Below, piece by piece: positions 31,466 through 40,420 of a stretch of DNA of 64,000 bases; within the stretch, counting starts at the first letter, position 1; each line of letters begins with the position of its first letter. Source of the DNA: Bacteroidetes bacterium UBA6183 (GTDB lineage Bacteria > Bacteroidota > Bacteroidia > UKL13-3); contig DITN01000094.1 in the NCBI GenBank assembly GCA_002422865.1, positions 12,661-76,660 of the forward strand. Direction: 5' to 3'. The position numbers and the translations under genes were made by a program. The notes beneath the pieces are model-generated. The model did no database searches. It was not told the origin of the DNA and was given only the letters and a program-made list of their open reading frames with translations.

Positions 31466-32623
31466 TTATACTGCTGCGGATATTGGGAAGTAGTTTCCGG
31501 GTAACTGAAGTGTGAATTTTATTGGTGGTTTAATTTTATCGGGTACTGCACCATAATCAGGTATCAATTCCAATAACCTGTCTTTTATCGTTTCGGGATA
31601 TAAGTCTTGAATTATTATTTCTCTAGGCCTACAAGCCGAGAGTATTTTTCTATCAATTTCTGCGTTGAAAAATGGGAATGAATAACCAACAATAATTAGT
31701 CTTTCGGTATTTTTAATTACATCAAGGATGTTTGTAATCATATTATCAAATCCCGGATATTTTTCATCTTTTTCCCAAGCAAAATTGAAGTATTTGAATA
31801 CATCTGCTCCAGTTAATTTACCTTCAGGGAATAACTCTTCAAATTCAACAAGGTAATCTCCAATTTTAGCACTATCACTCCTTTGTGTATTAGGATTAAT
31901 ATTAATATCATGTGGTGTAACACCATTAGACCCTTCATTCTGAAAAACCCTATCCATAAAAGCATTTCCGTTTAATTTGAACATCGAAAACCTATTTGGA
32001 TCTATTATCTTGTTTTTAGCCTCGTTTAAACTTTTTTGATTTGGATGAATTTGATACTTGTTTTTAATAACATTAATCTTTTCGTTCGTGTAGTTTTGGA
32101 TGGTATGTTCAACCTGTAAGTCATAGTTCCATGTTATTATTTTAATATCATCACGGAGTTTAATCCCATTAACATCGTTTTCGGCAATAGAGGCGATTAG
32201 GTTGTCATATCTTTTATCTATTAAGAGTTGATATTTTGTATTTTTACCTTCAAATCCAACACACTGTTCGAAGAAAAAGTAGGAAACCAATCCTCTTTTA
32301 AGCCTTTTTAAACTTTCATGGTCACCCTTTAAAGAAAACTTTCGTGCCAATGTATCAACTGTTTGATGAATTTCAGATTCAGTATATAAGAACTCTAAAT
32401 CGTCTTTAATAACTCTCAGAGTGTTCTGGTGTTCTCTTATCCTACTATCTAATTTTTGGAGTAATGGAGAATATACGTCAGTGGTAATATAGCTTTCAAT
32501 AAATTGAGATAAATCTTTTATACGGTCTCTCAAACCATCAATAGTAGGAATTGCTTGGATACTTGCACCTGCACCGAGGTAATAAACAGTGTTTTTCATG
32601 TTGGTTATACAATTTTTGTACAA
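31466..32623 (-). CDS. Stand-alone SIR2_2-like (defence-type SIR2) domain protein; the conserved catalytic His appears to be replaced by Asn
   Basis: 385 aa. Ordered motifs 'YYLGAGAS' (GAGxS), 'IITWNYD' (TTNYD), 'FKLNGNAF' (aligning with KxHGx) and 'LIIVGYSFPFFNAEID' (GYSxxD) match the ThsA/SIR2_2 pattern. Alignment was done by eye. Confidence 0.5.
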   Translation of the reverse strand: MYKNCITNMKNTVYYLGAGASIQAIPTIDGLRDRIKDLSQFIESYITTDVYSPLLQKLDSRIREHQNTLRVIKDDLEFLYTESEIHQTVDTLARKFSLKGDHESLKRLKRGLVSYFFFEQCVGFEGKNTKYQLLIDKRYDNLIASIAENDVNGIKLRDDIKIITWNYDLQVEHTIQNYTNEKINVIKNKYQIHPNQKSLNEAKNKIIDPNRFSMFKLNGNAFMDRVFQNEGSNGVTPHDININPNTQRSDSAKIGDYLVEFEELFPEGKLTGADVFKYFNFAWEKDEKYPGFDNMITNILDVIKNTERLIIVGYSFPFFNAEIDRKILSACRPREIIIQDLYPETIKDRLLELIPDYGAVPDKIKPPIKFTLQLPGNYFPISAAV

Positions 32624-32703
32624 TTTATTGGGATAACCCTTACGAAAACAAACAAGATTTGCACACGACTATGTTGTGTTGGGCTTGGATATTGATATTA
32701 CAG

Positions 32704-32729
32704 TTACTGCTCAAATCACTGCTCAATTT
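32704..32729. repeat. Right arm-type direct repeat TTACTGCTCAAATCACTGCTCAA
   Basis: See left copy. It lies between the SIR2-like gene start and attR. Confidence 0.6.
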
Positions 32730-32816
32730 GTGTTTTTTAACACGACTTTTTCCTTGAAGATTATTGATGGTACTGGGTTTCGGGGGATTGGTAGTGGTTG
32801 GTTCTTAAAAGTGAAC

Positions 32817-32845
32817 TATTCTATCCATTGAACTACGAGACCATT
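32817..32845. repeat. attR core: 29-bp direct repeat, a partial copy of the tRNA-Arg 5' end
   Basis: Exact match to 7700-7728. No remainder of the tRNA follows it. Confidence 0.8.
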
Positions 32846-33025
32846 TTCATACAACTCACAATTTGAGTTCATGGGCGAAAATAGTAAACGTAGCTGGTTA
32901 ATAAAATCGTTTTTTCATCTTTTATCATAAATCTAACACAACACAACATAAATGGTTAACTACCCGTGCAATGTACATATATGGTATAAACTGAGTAAAT
33001 ACCTACTTTTGTAAAAATTTAAACC

Positions 33026-33793
33026 TTGGAAAAAACACTGTTGAACATTGGATTTAGAAATGCCGTACTTAACTTAGCCCTGAAAACCATTAAGTTAAGG
33101 TACAAAAATTCGTTTTTGGGTATTTTTTGGAGTATGCTTAATCCGCTGTTGTTTTTACTTATTCTAACAGTGGTTTTTAAAGAAATCAATCATATTGAGA
33201 ACTTTTCGCTATATGCGTTAAGCGGGTTGATATTCTGGAACTTCATCTCGGCATCCATCTTGCAAGTACTCACTTCGTTTATAGATAATGCGTCCATTCT
33301 TAAATCGGTAAATTTACATCCGTTTAGTTTCCCGCTTTCGGCCATGTTTGCAGCAGTTATTAATTTACTGCTTACATTTATACCATTTTTTGTCATCATG
33401 TTCTTCCTCAATTTCCAGTTAAACTACAGCATCATTTTTGTTATTCCGCTTATTGTAGTTACTGCAATATTTGTGTTGGGGTTTGGTATGATGTTGGGTA
33501 CACTAAATGTGTTTTTCAGGGATATACAATTGCTTTGGAATACCATTATTCCGGCTTTTTTCTATTTTACACCCATAGCTTACACACCTGATTTGGTGCC
33601 CGAAAGTACCCGTCACCTGCTTAAACTTAATCCGTTTTATTACTTTGTAGAGTCGTTTCACGATATTTTCTACAGGTTTAAACACCCTGATGGATTTAAT
33701 TTTTTAGTATGCACAGTAATGGCTGTTGTAGCTTTTGCCATTGGGTATACTTTATTTACCAAATACAGAAAGGGGTTTATATCTAACATATGA
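33026..33793 (+). CDS. ABC-2 type polysaccharide/O-antigen export permease (Wzm-like); TTG start
   Basis: 255 aa and multi-TM. Translationally coupled to the ATPase (the overlap is 33790-33793). Confidence 0.7.
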   Translation: MEKTLLNIGFRNAVLNLALKTIKLRYKNSFLGIFWSMLNPLLFLLILTVVFKEINHIENFSLYALSGLIFWNFISASILQVLTSFIDNASILKSVNLHPFSFPLSAMFAAVINLLLTFIPFFVIMFFLNFQLNYSIIFVIPLIVVTAIFVLGFGMMLGTLNVFFRDIQLLWNTIIPAFFYFTPIAYTPDLVPESTRHLLKLNPFYYFVESFHDIFYRFKHPDGFNFLVCTVMAVVAFAIGYTLFTKYRKGFISNI

Positions 33794-34530
33794 TAAGCCA
33801 TAACAACTTTGCAATTAAGCTAACAGATGTAGACGTTTGTTTTTATGTTAGAGAAAACGGTGCAGTATCTTTTAAAGAAGTGCTGTTTAGTTTGGGTAAG
33901 CGCACTTTTTTAGATAAAAAATTTGTATTGCGTAACATTAACCTGGAGGTACAACATGGCGAGAGTATTGCCTTGTTGGGTAAAAATGGTTCAGGTAAAA
34001 GCACTTTGTTAAGGGTGTTATCGGGTATTATAGAACCTGAAAAAGGCAAAGTAGAAGTAAACGGGAGCATTGCTCCTTTATTAAGTTTAGGTGTAGGGTT
34101 AGAATATGAAATGACGGGCCTTGAAAACGTAAAGTTACTTTGTGCTTTAATGGGCATGTCGCAAGCAGAAATAAAAAAATACACCCCCGAAATTATTGAG
34201 TTTTCTGAATTAGGCGAAGCTATTAATTGGCAGGTTAAACGATACAGTACAGGCATGATGACCCGCCTTGCATTTAGCATTGCTATCATGAAACAACCGG
34301 ATATTTTGTTGATTGACGAAGTATTGTCTGTTGGCGATGTAGGATTCCAAAAAAAGTGTTTAAGAAAAGTGGAAGAAATTAAAGCTAAGGGAGCAACCAT
34401 TGTTTTTGTGTCTCACAACTTTAACGAAGTAAAAAGTATGTGCAGCAAAGGTGTGTTGGTAAACAATGGAACCATAGATTTTATTGGTGATATTGAAGAA
34501 GCAGGTGAAAGATATTCAAAATTATTTTAG
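33790..34530 (+). CDS. ABC transporter ATP-binding protein (Wzt-like)
   Basis: Walker A 'GKNGSGKST', signature 'YSTGMMTRLAFS', Walker B 'ILLIDEVLSVGD'. Confidence 0.85.
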   Translation: MISHNNFAIKLTDVDVCFYVRENGAVSFKEVLFSLGKRTFLDKKFVLRNINLEVQHGESIALLGKNGSGKSTLLRVLSGIIEPEKGKVEVNGSIAPLLSLGVGLEYEMTGLENVKLLCALMGMSQAEIKKYTPEIIEFSELGEAINWQVKRYSTGMMTRLAFSIAIMKQPDILLIDEVLSVGDVGFQKKCLRKVEEIKAKGATIVFVSHNFNEVKSMCSKGVLVNNGTIDFIGDIEEAGERYSKLF

Positions 34531-34538
34531 CGCAGCAA

Positions 34539-36491
34539 ATGGGAAAAAAGAACATACTGCCTAAAAACAGCTTACAAAGGGCAGAGTACACAGCCTTACT
34601 AAACACGGTAAAAAACTACGAAGAACGTATCAAAGAAATTGAAGGTAGTTCATACTGGAAAATGTATTTGTTTTTTACCAAAACCAAACTCATTTTAACC
34701 AGCGACAGTTATTTAAAAGATACCCGTTGGCCTTTTATTCAAAGGTTGTTTTTCTTGTTTTCAAAACCGGGCTTAATGCTTGTTTATAAGTTTTTTAAGC
34801 AGCTATTTTCTATTTTATTAGGTGCAGTAAATTATGTGTTGGGTATAAAAAAGGATGATGACGAAAGTGGATATAAGTCTTTTAAACAAAGACGTTTTCC
34901 ACGCGAGGTTGATTTGGAAGCCATGGCACAAAATATTGTTAACTTCAAACAACAACCACATGTGCAAATCTTTGTAAAGGTTGATGATGAGGACTTGTCG
35001 TTTTTGAATCAGTTTTTAAACGCCTTGCAAAGTCAAGTTTATCAGCACTTTTTTGTAAGTTTTATTGTTAATGATGAGTCGGATATGATAAACTACGTAC
35101 TCAATAAAACCATCGAAAACGATTTCAGGTACAACATCATATCCAACCAAAACAAACCCGAGTTGATTTGCGATTACGCTTTATTTACTTCTTTAAATTG
35201 CATTTTAAGAGCCGATTGTTTGTACGAGTTTGTCAATGAAATTAACAAATCGGGCAAACCACAATTTATATATACTGATAATGATTTTTTTGATCCACTG
35301 AGCGTCAACGAAACCATCAACCCATATTTTAAACCAGATTGGAGTCCGCATACCATTTTATCGCGTAACTATATTGGCAATTTATTTTTAGTACATAAAG
35401 ATACATACCACAAAGTTGCTGTTGCACAGTTTGATAATTTTTATGGTTTAATTTTAGGATTTACCCATCGGCAAACAACAGTAAAACACATATCAAAAGT
35501 GTTGTACCACGAGTATAAAGAGGAAGTTACCATTGATAAAATACACCAAAACCACATTACACTAAATCACTTTTTACATCAACATTACCAAGGCGCGTAT
35601 GCCCGTGTGTCTGATGCGTCATTTGGTTGTTTTGAGCCTGTGTTTAAGATGGAAAACCCTCTAGTATCCATTATCATTCCATCAAAAAACAAATCGGATA
35701 TTTTAGATGCTTGTCTGCAATCCATTACCTCTATTTCTAAGTATACCAATTACGAAATCATTATTATTGATAACGGCAGTACGGAGAAAAGTTTTTTCAG
35801 TTCGGTAGCGCAGTGGGAGTATAATTATCCGGGTGTAATTAAAAGTTACCGAATGGATATTCCCTTTAACTATTCGGTATTAAACAACAATGCGGTACAA
35901 CACGCAAAAGGAGAGTACTTGTTGTTTTTAAATAATGACACACAACTTATATCTGAAAATTTAATTGAAGAGTTGGTGAAAATTGCACAGCTCGAAAACG
36001 TTGGAGGAGTTGGCCCTAAGCTATTATACCCAAACAATACCATACAACATGCGGGTATTGTATTATCGCTTGATGAAACAGGAGCACATATTTACTCAGG
36101 TGCACACAAGGATACCGCAGGTTATTTTAATAACGTAAATTGCTTAACCAACTACAGTGCTGTTACTGGTGCTTGTATGATGATTAAACGAAACAAGTTT
36201 ATACAAGTTGGTGGTTTTGACGAGAACCTTGCAGTGGATTGTAACGATTTGGAGTTATGTTGTAAGCTACAGAGTAAGGGTTATTACAATGTGTATGTAC
36301 CATGGGTTAAAATGTACCACCACGAGTGTTTAACACGCGGTAATCCAATTATCAGTAGCCAATCAATGGCCAAACAATCAATGGAGAAACAGTACTTTAA
36401 ACAAAAATGGGATGTGCTTATTAAAAATGACCCCTTTTATAGTAAAAACCTCACCAAGGTTTCTAAGTATTTTGAAATAAACAACGCTTAA
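34539..36491 (+). CDS. Large glycosyltransferase, family 2 domain in the C-terminal half
   Basis: 650 aa with 'VSIIIPSKNK...IIIIDNGS' and 'LFLNNDTQL' (DxD-like). Confidence 0.65.
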   Translation: MGKKNILPKNSLQRAEYTALLNTVKNYEERIKEIEGSSYWKMYLFFTKTKLILTSDSYLKDTRWPFIQRLFFLFSKPGLMLVYKFFKQLFSILLGAVNYVLGIKKDDDESGYKSFKQRRFPREVDLEAMAQNIVNFKQQPHVQIFVKVDDEDLSFLNQFLNALQSQVYQHFFVSFIVNDESDMINYVLNKTIENDFRYNIISNQNKPELICDYALFTSLNCILRADCLYEFVNEINKSGKPQFIYTDNDFFDPLSVNETINPYFKPDWSPHTILSRNYIGNLFLVHKDTYHKVAVAQFDNFYGLILGFTHRQTTVKHISKVLYHEYKEEVTIDKIHQNHITLNHFLHQHYQGAYARVSDASFGCFEPVFKMENPLVSIIIPSKNKSDILDACLQSITSISKYTNYEIIIIDNGSTEKSFFSSVAQWEYNYPGVIKSYRMDIPFNYSVLNNNAVQHAKGEYLLFLNNDTQLISENLIEELVKIAQLENVGGVGPKLLYPNNTIQHAGIVLSLDETGAHIYSGAHKDTAGYFNNVNCLTNYSAVTGACMMIKRNKFIQVGGFDENLAVDCNDLELCCKLQSKGYYNVYVPWVKMYHHECLTRGNPIISSQSMAKQSMEKQYFKQKWDVLIKNDPFYSKNLTKVSKYFEINNA

Positions 36492-36492
36492 T

Positions 36493-38604
36493 ATGGCAGC
36501 GCAAAATATCATATTCAGTTTTATTGTTCCGGTATATAACACCGGTAACTTTATATACGAAACATTAGATTCGATCAACAACCAAGATTTCAATTTGAAT
36601 AAGATAGAAGTGATTGTTGTTAACGATTGCTCTACCGATGATTTTACCAATTCGATTATTAAGCAATTGGCTGAGAGTGGGTCGTATAAAAACCTTCACG
36701 TACAAATCATTCAGAACCCAACCAATAAGTGGCTTGCAGAAACAAGGAACATTGGAGCACGGAAAGCCACTGGTAAATATTTGGTTTGTTTAGACAGTGA
36801 CGATACCATTGAACGTGATTTTTTAAAATTAAGTTTATTAACCTTTGCGGCATATCCAACAGCCTCATGGGTATATCCAAGTGTGCGTAAATTCGGGTAC
36901 AAAAACCAGTCAGATATTGCACCTTTTTACAGTGCAAAAAATTTGTTTCTGCAAAACTATTTGGTAGCGGTATCTCCGGTTAAACGTTCGCTTTGGAACG
37001 AATTAAACGGACAAAGAACACTGCATTTGGCCAATGGTGTTAAGTTATACGAAGACTGGGATTTTTGGCAACGTGCCATTGGTAAAGGCGCTTACGGTGT
37101 TCCAATAAAAAAGGTACTTTTTAATTACCGACAAAACATTCGATCGTTGGTTACGCGCAGTGAGGAGGAAGGAAGTTTATCCAGTTTATTGGCTTACAAA
37201 AAAAATTGGTCGAGTTTATTTGGTATCAAAAAATCTCAGCGCGAGTTTCAGTTGGTTAACTATAACCATACGGTTAACAGGTCATTGATAAATCGCATGT
37301 TTCAAAAAGTGTCGCGGTTAACCATTAAACGCACATTTGCCAATGTAAAACCTAAAGATATACTCTTGTATTTGTTCTGGACATCAAAGTTTATTGAGCA
37401 AAAAATGAATCCGGTGGTGAAATACACCAAAGCACACAAAATGGCCGGTTTTATTGAAGGGTTTAAGTTAGATTTTGACAAAACATTTCCGGTATGTGCT
37501 GCTCCATCAAACCAAGTGCTTGTTACCCATTTTTGGTGGCATGTAGGTGGTGCCGAAAATATTTTGTTGAGTTACATCAAAGAGTTAAAACTTAAAAACC
37601 TAAATGTTACTGATGTTGTAATAAAAGGAGCAGACACATCCGGTGCATTAAAAAATGAATTTGCCAAACATACTGATGGTCAATTTGCTTTAGAGGATGT
37701 TGCACACGGTCCATATCCAATGCTTTTGGCATTGTGGGAGATTATAAAAACCGAAAAACCCAGGGTAATACTTAACATGAGTAACCCGCTTTTGTATATA
37801 CTTAGTCCGCTGATTAAAGAAAAATTTCCCAATACCATTATTTACGATTTGTTGCATTGCGAAGACTATGATGATAATGGCTGGTTTGAGGCCGCTTATC
37901 AATATCAAAACTACATAGATAAACGTATAGTAACCAGTGATTTTTGGAAAGAAGTATTGATAAAAAAATACAACGAAAATGCGACTAAAATAGAGGTAAT
38001 ATACAACATGATTGATTACGATCGTTTTAGCACAAACACTTTTACGCGTAGTCAATTATTAGATAAATACGGCATTGATGGCAATAAAAAAATAATTGGC
38101 TCATTGGGTAGATTACAATGGCAAAAACGTCCGGATATTTTTGTGCGCGTGGCCGAGCTGATGCAAAACAATAAGGATTACCATTTTGTAATGGCAGGTG
38201 ATGGTGATATGTACGCAGGGTTAGCCGACAGGATAAAAAGGCTTACTAACCTCACCTACATTGGTGCCACCAAAAATCCGGAGCAGGTATATCCGATGTT
38301 TGATGTAGCTGTTTTCCCAAGTAAATATGAAGGTTATCCACTTGTGGGCATAGAGTGCGCTTATATAGGATTACCAATTATTGCTGCCAATATTGTTGGT
38401 TTCCGTGAGCAAATTGAAAATGGAAATATTGGTTTGTTGTATGATATTAGAGGTGACGAAGAAGATGCCGAAAGCATAAAACAAATATTGGTAAATAACT
38501 ACGAACACTTAATTACCTTAGGTAAAAACGGGCCTGATTTTGTAAATAAATACCATAACCGAGAAGTAATTAAAGAAGACATAAGAAAAGTGTTTGGCTT
38601 ATAA
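36493..38604 (+). CDS. Bifunctional glycosyltransferase (N-terminal GT2 + C-terminal GT4-like)
   Basis: 703 aa. 'FSFIVPVYNTGNF...VIVVNDCSTDD...LDSDD' (GT2) plus a C-terminal 'EGYPLVGIECAYIGLPIIAANIVGF' (GT1/GT4 motif). Confidence 0.65.
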   Translation: MAAQNIIFSFIVPVYNTGNFIYETLDSINNQDFNLNKIEVIVVNDCSTDDFTNSIIKQLAESGSYKNLHVQIIQNPTNKWLAETRNIGARKATGKYLVCLDSDDTIERDFLKLSLLTFAAYPTASWVYPSVRKFGYKNQSDIAPFYSAKNLFLQNYLVAVSPVKRSLWNELNGQRTLHLANGVKLYEDWDFWQRAIGKGAYGVPIKKVLFNYRQNIRSLVTRSEEEGSLSSLLAYKKNWSSLFGIKKSQREFQLVNYNHTVNRSLINRMFQKVSRLTIKRTFANVKPKDILLYLFWTSKFIEQKMNPVVKYTKAHKMAGFIEGFKLDFDKTFPVCAAPSNQVLVTHFWWHVGGAENILLSYIKELKLKNLNVTDVVIKGADTSGALKNEFAKHTDGQFALEDVAHGPYPMLLALWEIIKTEKPRVILNMSNPLLYILSPLIKEKFPNTIIYDLLHCEDYDDNGWFEAAYQYQNYIDKRIVTSDFWKEVLIKKYNENATKIEVIYNMIDYDRFSTNTFTRSQLLDKYGIDGNKKIIGSLGRLQWQKRPDIFVRVAELMQNNKDYHFVMAGDGDMYAGLADRIKRLTNLTYIGATKNPEQVYPMFDVAVFPSKYEGYPLVGIECAYIGLPIIAANIVGFREQIENGNIGLLYDIRGDEEDAESIKQILVNNYEHLITLGKNGPDFVNKYHNREVIKEDIRKVFGL

Positions 38605-38735
38605 TTAATTACAGCGGCCATTATTCGTTAATTTTCATGGTACAACACAAAAGGGCTTAAAAATAATTAGCCAGTATTTTCTACAACCTTATCATTATAT
38701 ACTATACCCCTCGCACAGATTGGTGTAAAATAAAA

Positions 38736-38761
38736 AATCCTGAACCGTAAAGTTCAGGATT
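38736..38761 (-). terminator. Rho-independent terminator (AATCCTGAAC-cgtaaa-GTTCAGGATT, T-run in minus sense)
   Basis: Perfect 10-bp stem. Confidence 0.55.
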
Positions 38762-38766
38762 TAAAT

Positions 38767-38811
38767 GTGGTGTGGGAGTCCCGAGAACTCTGGAGAACCC
38801 CCGACACAAAG
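38767..38811 (-). pseudogene. Degenerate partial copy of the tRNA-Phe 3' end (T-arm disrupted)
   Basis: 'gtggtgtgggag...acccccgacacaaag' matches the 3' ~35 nt of the adjacent tRNA-Phe with an inserted/divergent T-loop. This indicates tandem duplication of the terminator plus tRNA 3' fragment. Confidence 0.5.
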
Positions 38812-38826
38812 TCGCAAAAAATAAAA

Positions 38827-38850
38827 AACCTCGAACATAAGTTCGAGGTT
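38827..38850 (-). terminator. Rho-independent terminator directly downstream of tRNA-Phe (AACCTCGAAC-ataa-GTTCGAGGTT)
   Basis: Perfect 10-bp stem with T-runs on both strands. Confidence 0.6.
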
Positions 38851-38857
38851 TTGTTTG

Positions 38858-38930
38858 TGGTGTGGGAGGGAATCGAACCCCCGACACAAAGATTTTCAGT
38901 CTTTTGCTCTACCGACTGAGCTACCGCACC
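38858..38930 (-). tRNA. tRNA-Phe (anticodon GAA), no encoded CCA
   Basis: Minus-sense GGTGCGGTAGCTCAGTCGGTAGAGCAAAAGACTGAAAATCTTTGTGTCGGGGGTTCGATTCCCTCCCACACCA. D arm GCTC/GAGC, anticodon stem AAAGA/TCTTT, loop CTGAAAA. There is one C·A mismatch in the acceptor stem. Confidence 0.8.
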
Positions 38931-39064
38931 ATCTTTTGAGGAGTGCAAATGTAAAAATAAAATCTATTTCTGCAAATAATTGTTTCATTTTAAATAAAAA
39001 TTCCCTGCCTGCCTACTCAAAAAAATGTTTTATAATTGTGCACTAAGCACAGCAAAATAACTGT

Positions 39065-40372
39065 ATGATAGCACAAATACTATTTGTAATAATTGCGGCC
39101 GTTGCCACGTATTTTTTTGTTAAAAACCTGAAAACCATCAGAAGAAACATTTTGTTGGGTAAGGATGTAGACTTAAGTGATAACCAACCTGAGCGCTGGA
39201 AAACCATGCTAAAAGTGGCTTTTGGGCAAACAAAAATGGCGGCACGTCCTGTTCCTTTTGTATTACATTTGTTGGTATATGTGGGCTTTGTGCTTATTAA
39301 TATTGAAGTTTTAGAAATACTTATCGATGGTATTTTTGGCACACACCGTGTACTTTCGGTATTGGGTTCGGTGTATAATTTGGCCATTGGCTTTTTCGAA
39401 ATATTGGCCTTTGGTGTATTGGTAGCTTGTGTAATTTTTTTAACGCGCAGGTATGTAGTAAAGTTAGCGCGCTTTCAAAGCCCCGAGTTACAAGGTCAGC
39501 CTAACAAAGATGCCACCACCATTTTAATTGTAGAAATTGTATTAATGGCTGCATTATTAAAAATGAATGCTGCCGACCAAATTTTACAATCTCGCGGTGC
39601 TGATCATTACATCAATGCAGGCTCATTTCCTATTAGCAGCTGGTTGTTTGCTCCCATGTTTAATGGTTTTTCTGATGGTACTTTGGTACTTATGGAACGT
39701 GCCGCTTGGTGGTTTCATATTATAGGCATTTTTGCTTTTATGAATTACCTGCCTTTTAGCAAGCATTTCCACATTATTATGGCTTTCCCTAATACGTTTT
39801 ATTCAAACCTTAAACCTAAGGGTGACTTAAATAATATGGCCAGTGTTACGCAAGAAGTAAAACTAATGTTAGACTCAAGTGCTGCAACTCCAGAGGGATA
39901 TCAACCACCAACAAGTTTTGGTGTTAAGGATGTGCAAGACTTAACATGGAAAAACCTAATGGATGCATACACCTGCACCGAGTGTGGCCGTTGTACCAGC
40001 AGCTGCCCGCAAAATATTACAGGTAAGTTGTTATCGCCACGTAAAATTGTAATGGATGTGCGTGATAGGTTAGAAGAAGTAGGTAAAAATATAGATGCCA
40101 ATAACGGAACTTTTGTTGATGATGGTAAAAACCTGCACAGTTATGTATCCGAAGAAGAGTTGTGGGCTTGTAATACTTGTAATGCTTGTGTAGAGGCATG
40201 TCCGGTAAATATTAATCCAATGGAAATGATTGTAGAAATGCGCAGGTTTAAAGTGATGGAACAATCGTCAGCACCGGGTTCATTAAACAATATGTTTAAT
40301 AACTTAGAAAACAACCAAGCCCCTTGGCAGTTTAGCCCAATGGATAGAGCCAATTGGACTAAAGAAGATTAA
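39065..40372 (+). CDS. Membrane-anchored iron-sulfur protein with two 4Fe-4S ferredoxin-type cluster motifs (HdrD/GlcF-like oxidoreductase subunit)
   Basis: 435 aa. N-terminal TM helices, 'CTECGRCTSSCP' and 'CNTCNACVEACP'. Confidence 0.6.
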   Translation: MIAQILFVIIAAVATYFFVKNLKTIRRNILLGKDVDLSDNQPERWKTMLKVAFGQTKMAARPVPFVLHLLVYVGFVLINIEVLEILIDGIFGTHRVLSVLGSVYNLAIGFFEILAFGVLVACVIFLTRRYVVKLARFQSPELQGQPNKDATTILIVEIVLMAALLKMNAADQILQSRGADHYINAGSFPISSWLFAPMFNGFSDGTLVLMERAAWWFHIIGIFAFMNYLPFSKHFHIIMAFPNTFYSNLKPKGDLNNMASVTQEVKLMLDSSAATPEGYQPPTSFGVKDVQDLTWKNLMDAYTCTECGRCTSSCPQNITGKLLSPRKIVMDVRDRLEEVGKNIDANNGTFVDDGKNLHSYVSEEELWACNTCNACVEACPVNINPMEMIVEMRRFKVMEQSSAPGSLNNMFNNLENNQAPWQFSPMDRANWTKED

Positions 40373-40380
40373 TATACATA

Positions 40381-40408
40381 AACCTACTTCGGTAGGTTTT
40401 TTCTTTTA
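40381..40408 (+). terminator. Rho-independent terminator (AAACCTAC-ttcg-GTAGGTTT + TTTTCTTTT)
   Basis: Perfect 8-bp stem with a UUCG tetraloop and a T-run. Confidence 0.6.
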
Positions 40409-40420
40409 TAAAAGCATAAC

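Larger units (their letters stand above)
7700..32845. mobile_element. ~25.1-kb integrative genomic island inserted at tRNA-Arg(CCT), bounded by a 29-bp exact direct repeat. It has a tyrosine integrase at the left end and defence/mutagenesis/surface-protein cargo, with no conjugation genes detected
   Basis: The exact 29-bp direct repeat CTATTCTATCCATTGAACTACGAGACCAT lies at 7700-7728 (within the tRNA) and at 32817-32845. The integrase gene starts 84 bp inside the left repeat. A second direct repeat sits just inside both ends. The cargo is typical of accessory islands. Confidence 0.75.

Noticed and set aside
7700-32845. Island as a conjugative element (ICE/CTn)
   Set aside because: No relaxase, coupling-protein (VirD4/TraG Walker motifs), T4SS or Tra genes were found among the island ORFs, so it was called only an integrative island
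33843-34400. 185-aa minus-strand ORF
   Set aside because: It is antisense to the ABC ATPase gene, which has canonical Walker A/B and signature motifs
38702-39046. ORFs 38702-38887, 38754-38948 and 38855-39046
   Set aside because: They overlap tRNA-Phe, its duplicated 3' fragment and two terminator hairpins, so they are artefacts
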